The position numbers and the translations under genes were made by a program. 64,000 nt of DNA from Eukaryota sp. GEM-RC1 (taxonomy: Eukaryota), in assembly GCA_040285855.1 (NCBI GenBank), contig JAUFOQ010000001.1, positions 930,001 to 994,000 of the forward strand. Reading direction: 5' to 3'. The first letter of the stretch is position 1. Every line of letters starts with the position of its first letter. The notes below the pieces were generated by a model. It was not told the origin of the DNA. It saw only the letters and a program-made list of their open reading frames with translations, and ran no database searches. Positions 48,870 to 59,371 of this stretch are shown one piece after another.

Positions 48870-50983
48870 ATGCACCTACCAACACCAACGACTTTGTGTC
48901 AAAAATTCAACCGGTTCCGTGAATCACATTCTTTAACAGACGTCATTATCACTTATGACGACCAAGAATTCCCTGTCCACAGAGTGATCGTCTCCCTCCA
49001 CAGCTCCTTCCTTGATTCCTTACCCAGTCGTAGTAGAGGCAGCGCTGTTTACGAAATCCCCAAATCCCCCACTGTCACTGACTCTTTGGTCGATTCAGTT
49101 CTTAAATCTTTCTATGGCAAACCTATCACAATCAACACTTCCAACTTCAGTGCCCTCATTATCCTCGCTTCTCAACTCAACTACCCCGCCTTATCCACAG
49201 CTTGTCAGTCTTGCCTCGTCAGTGGTTTGGCGACTGACTTTGTCTTCAAGCTGAACCCTTCCGATATTGTCCATAAGTTGAAGGAGAGTAGAACTGCTGA
49301 CGTCATCATTAAGTTCAAAGGTACTAAGATTCCGGTTCACTCAATGTTGCTCTGCTGTTGGTCTAAATTCTTTGAGAATAGAATTATTGGACCATTGGCT
49401 GAAGACAATGACGATGACTACGATTTTACTGAGAAGTTTGGTTTTCCCATTGAAGTTTATGAACAGTTCTTCCACGTATTCTATTGTCAGAGTATTGACT
49501 ATAAGATCAGTAACATATTTGAATTTTTCCATCTCGCTGTGTATTTTCAAGTTGCGAGTCTGCAGAGCTTTTGTTTTGATCTCCTATTTGACTATTCATT
49601 ATCCATTGATAACGTCATCAATCTAATCAACAAAGCTGGTGACGCGAATGACTTTTACTTTGTCAATAAGTTCAAATCTATTCTTAATACAGTTTCTATT
49701 ACCACTGATTCAACTCCAATTAGATTACCACTCAGTTTTATTGTCAATCTGTTGGAACTAGAGGTTTTTAATAATCTTTATCTTTTGAAATGCGCAGTGT
49801 TTTCATATGATCCAGAATCCTCTACAAATGAAGACATTATTTCAATTTTAAGGAATTTTTCTAATTCCTTTCAACTTGATCAAATATTTGAAATTTTGAC
49901 TGACTTATTTGATAATTCAGAGTGTACACAAACCCTCTACGAATGGAGCTTAGAGATCTTGAAGTCTGATAAAAGCACTAAATTACCACGTAAATTGTTC
50001 TTTTCTTGATAAAAACGGCAGATCTACTTCAAGATTCTAAAACAATGTCAATTCTTTCTAGTTTGTTTCCCAAGTTCTTACAATCTGCTCCAATTGGCAG
50101 TTTACCAGAACTTGTTTGTTCTCCAAAAGCATTCTGTCAACTATCCTCCAATGTTCTTTCTTCACATGTTTTGTGGTTTGCTTCAACTCTAGTTAGTTCT
50201 TACAAGGATTCTAATTGGAATGTTGATGAATTTGAAAATTGTTTTTATTCTTTAGATTTTAGTTCTACTCCAATTAACCAACTTGTACAAGAATTAGCTC
50301 CCTTGAAATCCGAAACAGAATTAAAACGTTTTCTTTTGGAGTTTAACTCACTTGTAATTGTTCCAAAATTAATTCAAATTTCTGAAGAACAACGAGTTGA
50401 AAATTTGAACTTAAAAGCAAACATCAGTGATTTGCGTGATTCACATCAAACGGATATGACTAATTTGAACCGAGAGATTCGAAAATTAAAAAAGAAAGAA
50501 GTTCCACGAAATTCAAATGGATTCTCACCAATTAATAAGCATTATGAATTACAAGTTAGTGTGAGTAAAAAGAGAGTTGTTTTTGGAAGTGGTAGTAGTG
50601 GTCGTAGAAATATCTTGGGAGAAAATCCACTTTTTCCAGGAAATGTTTATTCTTGGAGGTTGAAGTACCAGGGGGGTACTCGTGGTCTTTTTGTTGGAGT
50701 TATTGACGAGTCAAAGTTTAGTGTTGATAGTTGGAGTGAACCGAATGGTATTTTCAATGGTGATGGTGAGTTTCGTGGTTGTCTCTCAGGAAACAAAACT
50801 CAGTGGAATCCTGGTGAATTACTCGAAATCAATGTGAATTTAATTAATTACACATTAACAATCATGTCCGTGAGTAATTTTTCCATTAATATAACAGGAA
50901 CTCTTCCCAGGTTAAGTAGTGGTAATTATTATCCATTTGCTTCATTATTTTATAGTGATCATGTACTTGAAATAATTGACTGA
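48870..50983 (+). CDS. BTB-BTB - coiled-coil - SPRY protein; frameshift near 50000
   Basis: Two BTB domains (TDVII..FPVHRVIVSLHSSFL; ADVII..IPVHSMLLCCWSKFF). The C-terminal SPRY is closely related to those of the 8124 and 14194 genes. The two ORFs overlap at a T-rich run. Confidence 0.8.
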
Positions 50984-51961
50984 AGTTGATAACATTGTCA
51001 TTATATCTAAATTTCCTCATTCAAAACACTGAATTAATTATTTTCATGAATCTGACCTAATTCAGACAGATGCTAATTGAAGTTGACAACTCTACAGTAA
51101 TTGTTTTTGGACTAAGTCTAGTCAGTTGTTTTTACTGTCCACAATTACTCTCATTTACCTGATACTACATGTAGCTTGAAACAAAACCGTTACTAGCCTC
51201 CCCCTGTCTTAGCTAGTATTAGGGGAGGGTAGTAATTTCCTTAAACCATATCAATCAACAATTAAACAATCTTTATAGTGACATTGTTTACTACAAAACT
51301 ACCAGTACGTCGTGCTAATAAATCCTATATATAATCATCTTCATCTGAAAGGTCTAGGGGTTTTTCTTCTCTGTCAGAACCAATATCTATCTGTTACCTG
51401 GTTAGACATGACGGTAGGTTTAATTGTATGGCGACTAGAAATTTCTATACAGATATTATCACGAATAGTCTATATCAGCTGTGGCCTCATAACAGACCCG
51501 TCACTTGGGAAAACAATGTGTTGACCTTCCATCCATTCATTGTAAGCCCGTTGAAAGTTCTGTTGGAACAAAAGATGGATAGCTGTCAACACCAGATAGT
51601 TGATTCAAATGAAATTATATTTTATTCGGCAACTATATAGGTAACATTCCTACAGAAACGTCAATAAGTAAAAACAAACAGCCTAAACACAAACCACTTC
51701 ATCCCTTTACATCCCTTTGGTAACAGATTACGTTTTTTAGTATTAACATTCACAAAAGAATGTTTGGTCAAGTCAAAATCAATTTCTGCACATGCAGAAT
51801 TCATCATGTGGTCCAGTTGCAGATCTGTTGAACGCTTGAGAGTTTGCCCCTTTGTTCTTGGACATATGTTAGAAGGTTTCAATCTTTAAAAAATGTGAGC
51901 ACATAAAACAAAAATTGCAACTCTGGAACAAAAAATGAACAACACTACAGTGTACATACAT

Positions 51962-53000
51962 CTAATAATTAATATCCTCAAAGTCCAGATTGCCTAACTG
52001 GAAATTCTCACCAACCTTATCCTCATAATGTCTGCCAAGAGATAATAAAGCGCTAGATACAGAAGTCACCATACCTTTAAAGATAGCAAACACAATTCGA
52101 CTTTTCCAAAATCTAAGATCAAAAGTCCTAGATGTTTTTTCTTTTACAATCTTCACAAAGATTTCAAGTAATGATGTTTCAGATTCACCTAAAGAACCGT
52201 ACAGTGAAAATACAAAAGGGTACAACAAGTAATTCGAGTGTGAAGCCGAATTCAATAATTTCAATTTAGCACAATATTTTTCTTTTTAAAATTTTTCACC
52301 AATCATGGCCAGTATTCGAGTTGGAAAACTAAAACTTCGATATAATAAAATTACTTAAAGAGTACGTCGAAGGGTGTGATTAACATTTTTGCTTGGACCA
52401 CAACACAATTTTGAAAATACATGGAAGAAAATGTGAGCAGCACTTCCCATATTACCAAGAATTGATAGAGCAACAAGAATGAATATCAAGGAAGAAGACA
52501 AAATTTGAATTCATATTCTTCATTGTGTCAAAATAGTTAGGGTCATTCTTTCTTCTGCTATTGAAAATGAGTTAACATAGTCAATAAGAAAGTTGCTGAC
52601 ATTTATGAAACATTAGGTTTCTTGTTGAACCGAGACAAATGTTTTGTAATTGGTAGACATATTCATAGACCTATAAATGGAAACATCAAATTCACTCTTC
52701 CAGTACGATCTGTTATAAACTTCTTGCCAAATTCTGAACACAAATTTTCAATCAAATTTAAAAACACATTGGTAGGAGGACCGAAATTTCTGTACAAAGA
52801 ATCTGCAAAAGGCAGAACGATAATATTGTTGTCTCTTCGTGAATTCTGAGATGTAACTTGATGAACGTACTTTAACACTTTAGCGTTCTCAGGGTCTTTC
52901 AGTGGATCATTTGAAGTATTCAAAATATTAGCAATAGCTGAAGATTTGCAAGGGTCAACGGTCGTAAAATCAACAACAATTTTTGGCATGCCAACCAAAT
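51962..53000. mobile_element. Cluster of degenerate CRE-like retrotransposon fragments
   Basis: Minus-strand RLE pieces: YPFVFSLYGSLG..FWKSRIVF (51962-52264), ILVALSILGNMG..FSKLC (~52400-52490) and VVDFTTVDPCK..ENAKVLKY (52663-52998). A plus-strand RT piece LGFLLNRDKCFVIG lies at ~52610-52660. Confidence 0.7.
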
Positions 53001-53381
53001 TTAATTTAATTGTTGTTTTCTTGTTGTGTGTTTTTTCCGCACATAAATCCGTTTTTTATTTCTTCATGTGACATTAAAAGACATAGCATTCTTTCATTCC
53101 CAACATTCGTTACTCTGTAAAAACAACTCATCATTTGAGCGCTACAGCTCCCCCAATTTCTCTCCACTTTTGTAAATCCTTGAATGAATTGAGAATGGAG
53201 ATATTTGCATTAACTCTTGGTGATAACGTATAGCGTTTACGGTCATGTATTTGGACTGATAATGATAATCTTCTTGAATTGCCGGTGTGGGTCATCTGGA
53301 ACACCTGCACATTTTTTGAATTCAAACCGTTTTGTTTCTTTCAGTGGAACGGTTCATGATTCAGTATAGGATCAATTACTA

Positions 53382-53980
53382 CACTGGTTTGTCTAATTAG
53401 TCTCATCAGCAATTTAGTCTCAGTGAGACTGATTCTAAAACTTACCTTTGAATTTTGTCAGTGAGACTATATTCCAAATAAACTCTGTGTATATTTCTAT
53501 AACTTTTTGTTTTTTCCATGACCTAGCTTTGAGGACTAAGCTCATGTCTCTTCATGAACGATCGTTACAGCGTTTGGTTTCGTTTAAGTAGGCATTCCTC
53601 GACCTCACAACCCTGCTGTTAGTATTTCCGACGAAGATAATTGGGATTCTGGTGGTATTACGGAGTAGATAAGCTGTAGTTAGACGTGGACTCTCTTTGA
53701 GCAATTAAACATCACTCAAATGTGCCTTGTTTTTGAAGAATGTAATGCAAAATATTCTGAGTGGTTTTTGGGACTAAAAGTATCAATGATCAGTAGACTT
53801 TCGTAACAATAGGAATAAGCAATGGTAAAGTAGTCTTGAAATTAGTCTCACCTTTTGAATTAGTCTCATCAGCAAATTAGTCTCATCAGATAAATAGTCT
53901 CAGTGAGACTAATTCTAAAATTGGTGATGAAAACTTTCCTTGCAAATTAGTCTCAGTGAGACTAATTAGACAAACCAGAG
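53382..53980. mobile_element. Tc1/mariner-type MITE (~600 bp)
   Basis: TIR CACTGGTTTGTCTAATTAGTCTCA / TGAGACTAATTAGACAAACCAGAG (1 mismatch), TA on both flanks, and multiple internal AATTAGTCTCA repeats. Confidence 0.85.
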
Positions 53981-54762
53981 TAGTATTTTGTGTAGCCCTG
54001 TCAAACGGCTCGGCTTAAGCCGTCAGCCCATCGACTTGAGCCAAGTCATATCCAAATTTGGCTTGGATTACTCAAATGACTCAAGCCAACGCCAAGCCAG
54101 TTTGCAATTCTACAAGACAAACCATATGGATCAAGCCGTGGCTTGAACTTAATTTGAACAATACAGTAAATGAACAAGTTGACCAAGTTCATAACATTAG
54201 ATCATATCATGTAATAGTATTGTTAATTTTGTTTACGTCTTTAGACTTTTTGTACAAATTTTTGTGTCTTTAAGAGATAAAAGATTTTATTCTATTACAC
54301 AATAATGCATTATTGATTTATTTCAATTAGACGTGATAGAAAGTATTTTTTAAGTATTGTGGTTGTATACAGTTTGTTCAACCACAGTTTATGAGTAGGT
54401 TCTCTAATATTTGTCACCAATCAGTTCTTTGTAGATATTAATTCTGTCAAACACTGTCCAGTCAATAAACCGGCAAAAAAGCACCAGGAAAAATAAAATG
54501 AGTATTCAAATTGACGGACCTCTGGTTGACTTTTATTTACTATTCTTGTCCATATAATGTCCTTGATATTTACACAATCATTCCTAAATCAAGGAATGGT
54601 TCAACATTTAAGGAAAAACTGACAACAAAAATAAGGTTTCAAGGACAACCTTCAAAATAAAAGACAACAAATCAAAGTTCAATCAAAGATCAACTGACGA
54701 CCGAGAACAATACAAAGTAACATCAATCAGAAAAACCCAGCACGTATTAAAACAACCAATTA

Positions 54763-56626
54763 CTAACTTCTGACTGGTGAATATACCCTCTCCATCCTAG
54801 CTCTTTTAGAAGGATGTAAGTCCTTAAAAGCATCTTTAGAAAGAGAACCAGCTACTGGAGATCTTTCTTCAACAACTCTACTTGATCTTCTTCTATAACG
54901 ATCATCGTAATCATCACGTCTTCTATCAGAATACCTGGATCTTTCCACTCGTCTGTCATCATAACGATCTTCTCTACGATACCTTTCTTCTCTAGGTGGT
55001 GGTGATCGTCGCTCATATTGTCTACTCCTAGATCGTTCAACTTCTTTCTCTCTTCTATATCGATCCTCCTCTTCTTGTCTCTTCAATCTTTCTTCTTCTC
55101 GTTGCTTACGTTCTTCCTTGGTCTTGATGTTCAACTGGTTTCGATGCCAGTTAGTAAGAAAGTCAAGCTGACAATTTGAGAAAAACGTGACGCTGTACTT
55201 GAGTTCATCAACTGAATTGTTTAGAAACAAGCCACTACAGGTCTGACGGAATTCTTCATCTTTGAATTTTTCAAGTAAAACATTTGTGCCCCAAGATGAT
55301 GATAATTCTTGAAATAAGTATTTTAAAAAGATTCTTCGTTGTGGAGTTGTTCCATTCGCAGAAAGTTCAATAAAAGACAGATTTTCCATGGGAAATACTG
55401 ATTCAGTGGGAGTAATTAGATTTGCAAAAATTTGGCGAAATTTAAAATTTTGTTCACTTCCAAATTAGTATCAGATTCATACTCTTCAACTAGTATAATT
55501 TTAAAATTTTCCCTACACTGAGATCTAGTGGTTGGTACCTCACATAATCGTCTGGCAACAAGGGAATATGACCGGTCAAAAATACCAGCCATAACACACG
55601 TGTCTAAAATCATTTTACACAAATGAAACCAAGGATTCAATTGTGCTGGTGGAAATTTTAAATTTAACAACTTGTGACAAGTTTCCTCAAACGAAACAGA
55701 AGAAGCCAATGTCGTATAAACCTCTTTTTTAAAATTTCCAATAATTTCCAAATTCCGTTGATCCGACAGCTCCTCTTCGCCTTGAACTTCTCCCACTTCC
55801 ACTTCGACTTTTTCATTCTCTTCCATTACAACTGCCTTGTACAGTTCAATTATAGGTTCAGCTCTCGAATGATATTCCTCTTGAATCTCATCAAAAGCTC
55901 ACTCGAAAGGGGTGAAAACGAATCAAACTCTGAGTGATCATGTAAATCATCAGAAAAAAAGAGCTCATGGGGGTCAGGCTCAATATTCTCCATGATACTC
56001 AACACGTTTTGTGGAAGGAATCGAAGCGTACTCGTGTGTTTAAACTTGCTTCTATTAGCATCAAACAACTTCTCCACAGCATTACCACTACACTCATCTA
56101 AACGTCCTTCTGAGTACAGCCTTCGTAGAGAGTCAAACAGAGCATTGAACTTGTTAGGCAAGTGAGAGGAAACTAGATCACCACATGGAAGAAAGAGAGG
56201 AGGGAAGAGATCGATATAGTCATTGAGACGACGTCCAGAAGGGGAAGATTCTATTTTGGAGAATAAATGATCAGCGATTTGGAAAAGAGTTAATGATGAG
56301 ACAACAGAGAGAGAATAGAGATGGGAGAGAAGATGAATTGAGTTCTTGACATCTCTGGGCCGAGTGTTTATAAGTCTACGGATACGGAACAGCAGACGTT
56401 CAACGAATAGTCTTCCTATTTCTGGGAAAGGATGGTTGATGAGATTAATTAGAGAAGCATAGATTGGTAGAAGATTGGAGATGGAGTAGTCTAATTGTAG
56501 GAGGGATGAGCATAGGGCACTTTTGCCCCATAACAAGTTGGTTTCAAGAAGTTCTTGGAAGACTTGTACGATGTTGTTTTTAGTGAGTCTGTTCACTAAG
56601 GCAGTATAAGGGAAGATGTTTGACAT
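54763..56626 (-). CDS. CWC22: Second CWC22 copy, inverted, with a shorter N-terminus; frameshifts near 55893 and 55427
   Basis: Near-identical to 45820-47663. It begins MSNIFPYTALVNRL and lacks the YVPP..QREAW segment. Confidence 0.8.
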
Positions 56627-56631
56627 GAGGA

Positions 56632-58740
56632 TTGGTGGGATTTATAGATGTACCTAGACGTCAAAGCATTATTTTTGGAGTTCCTGATGGTACTACGTGT
56701 GCTGCTTTAACCTCTGATTTTCTTTTTCATTCAAGTGAGGAAAATGCCATTTTGAACATTGATTTTAAAAATGCATTTAATTGTGTTTTAAGATCAACTA
56801 TATCTGACGAACTTTCTAAATTTTTTCCTCAGTTGATTCCCTATTTTAATATTTTTTATGGTAAAGCATCGAATTTAATTTATGACAAGTTTGATATTAA
56901 ATCAACTAGAGGGGTTAAGCAAGGTGATCCTTTGGGTCCTTTTTTGTTTTGTCTCGCTCTGCAAAAATTATTTAAAATCTTACAATTAGAATTTCCAACT
57001 GTTAAAATTTGTGCTTATGCTGATGATTCTTCGCTGATCGCTCCAGTTGACGTTCTCAAAAAGTGTTTTTCACGTTTCATTGAACTTTCTTTGAGTATTG
57101 GTTTAACAATTAATTTTGATAAGTGTTTTCTTGTTGTTAAGTCTTCGAATGTTTCTAATCTTGGTTTTTGTAATATTCCTATCATCGATTATTCTACTCA
57201 ATGTTTTCGTTTCCTTGGCACGTTTTTGGGAAATTATGAGAAAATTCATGCAGAATTGGAGAGTTCATTAACTACAATCGAAGAAAAACTAAATCAAATA
57301 TTATCTTTAGATGTGAGCAAACATGTTTCCTTTGCTATGCTTCAGGTCTGTTTTTCCGGGAAAATTAATCATTTTTTACGTTCATTAGACTATTCCCTTA
57401 CTGAAACATTTGCCAAGAAATTTAATTCTATTAGAACAAATTTTCTCTCTAACTTGGCTGAAATTGATGAGTCTAAGATTCCATTTCATGCTTTTTATTC
57501 TTCTGAATTCGCAGGAGTAGGTTTCACCCATGCAAAAATCATTAGAAAATCTGCTCTTTTAGGAGGTGTTAAGAATTTTATGTTTGAATTTTTGAAACGG
57601 TTTCCCTTGGATGGAATCAATCTGTTGAATTCCAGTAATTGCCGTTGGATTCAATCTGCTAAAGATTTGGTATCATCTTTGTCTCCTGAAATGTGGGAAT
57701 CTTTGTTCCCTGCTCATTTGAAGGAGACTCCTTTAAAAATATTTCATCTCTACCGTCTGCTGTATGTAAGCTGCAAAATAAATTGACAAGGAGTTTGAAC
57801 TCTTGGACTTTAATAATCGTATTAGCTTGGCTAAAACTAATAGTCCCGAGTTCGCTGCTTTTTTAATCGATCTTTGTAACAGTGGACCTTCTGGATTTAT
57901 TTCTCAAATTCCAAAGGTGTATGGAAAACATCTATCTGATGAAGCTTGGATGATCAATATGCGTCTTCGTTTGGCTATTTGGCCTGCAAATTTATTAAAC
58001 TATTCAACGTGCTCTTGTGGAGCTAATGGTGTTTTTCGTCATTTAATTAATTGTCGTTATTTTATTCATCTCCGTGCAGTAATTCATGATGGTGTACGTG
58101 ATTCTTGTTATTCCATGTTTAAAGCACATGGTTTTCACTCTAAAGTTGAACCAGTTTTGAATCATCTTTCAGAAAATGAATTTACTGATCAAAAAAGAGG
58201 GGATCTACATACTCCGTGGCTTAAATCGAGTCAATCATTAATGGATTTTACTACAGTAGATGTATGTAACAAATCTTGTGTTAGTAGGATATTAGATTCT
58301 TCTTTTAATCCATTAACCGCAGCTGAAAAGCTCAAACACTCCAAGTATGACTCTCAAGTAGAAGAATTAAATAGAAACTCATATTCCAAATTTGTGTTTC
58401 AACCTTTTGCTGTTTCTCTTTTTGGATCTATTAGTCCTGCTGGTGATCAATTTTTTAAGGATTTCGATGAATTGTGTAAAGAAAAGAAGCGTAAGTTTAG
58501 AATGGCTGAATGGAAAAACCGTATAGTGTTTTCCTTATATCGGAACATGCCTTTCTATTTCTCTAGATTAATTGAGAAATTGTACAAGTTTGGTGTGAAG
58601 GTTAATGTTGATAAACGTAATCTTTTACCGGGTGGTGATGAAGTCGTTTGGATTTAATTTTAGTATTATTTGTTTGTTTTTACAATTTCATAGTTTGTAG
58701 GAAGGTTACCTTATTGGGTGCCGAATAAACATCTCTCTCT
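56632..58740 (+). mobile_element. CRE-clade-like non-LTR retrotransposon (RT + zinc knuckle + restriction-like endonuclease), 5'-truncated
   Basis: RT motifs NIDFKNAFN, RGVKQGDPLGPFLF, YADD and FLG. CSCG..HLINC..HDGVRD knuckle. RLE motifs RGDL..DFTTVD..AEKLKHSKY..PFAVSLFG. Frameshifts near 57735 and 57787. The 3' end reads AATAAACATCTCTCTCT. Confidence 0.88.
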
Positions 58741-58789
58741 TATGTCCTTGTGAATTCAATTTACTAATTGAATTTAGATATACAATCAC

Positions 58790-59255
58790 AATAACGAAGA
58801 CATTTCTTATCTTCAGCATTATCCAAAGGTTAAAATTGATCATCACAGAGATATCACAACGATAGCACAAAAAGCGGGACGATTAATTTTAGCAAGCTAA
58901 TACGATTCAAAGTCCAAGCTTTCGTGATAGTTAATAAACTTGTTCTGTAACTTACGTGCAAACATTGGAAGTGAGAACATAGAGTGTCTTGGGATTTCAC
59001 TCACTGAATCAGAAAACAATCAAGACCATACTTCGGCATGAAGATCATCGATAAAAGTATTCAAGCCAAGAAGCCAAAAACATTTTGAGTAAGATAATAT
59101 ACCACCAGCAGTCCAACAATCCTTGAACCGAGCACGAAATTCATGTAAAATCTTTAAACATCTTCCTAGAAAGGCCCCTAAATATTCTGCTTTTGAGAAT
59201 CCAATTCCACCAAATTCTGGTGAACTAAAACAATGACCAGGTAATGAATCAAATG
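58790..59255 (-). mobile_element. Degenerate inverted fragment of a related CRE-like element
   Basis: The minus strand reads DSLPGHCFSSPEFGGIGFSKAE.., matching IPFHAFYSSEFAGVGFTHAK. At the nucleotide level, TTGGACTTTGAATCGTATTAGCTTGCTAAAATTAAT matches 57803-57841. Confidence 0.65.
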
Positions 59256-59371
59256 TGTAATATTGTTATGATTAGTAACAATCAATGATGCTCCATCTCA
59301 AAGAGAAATTTTCATAGCAGATTCACACATCCATCCATCCCTTAACATCAATATTCCTACTCTTTGATCCA

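Noticed and set aside
56632..58657. RT as part of a diversity-generating retroelement acting on the SPRY loops
   Set aside because: The RT carries a zinc knuckle and RLE typical of non-LTR retrotransposons. SPRY differences include indels and are not adenine-specific, and no template repeat is visible.
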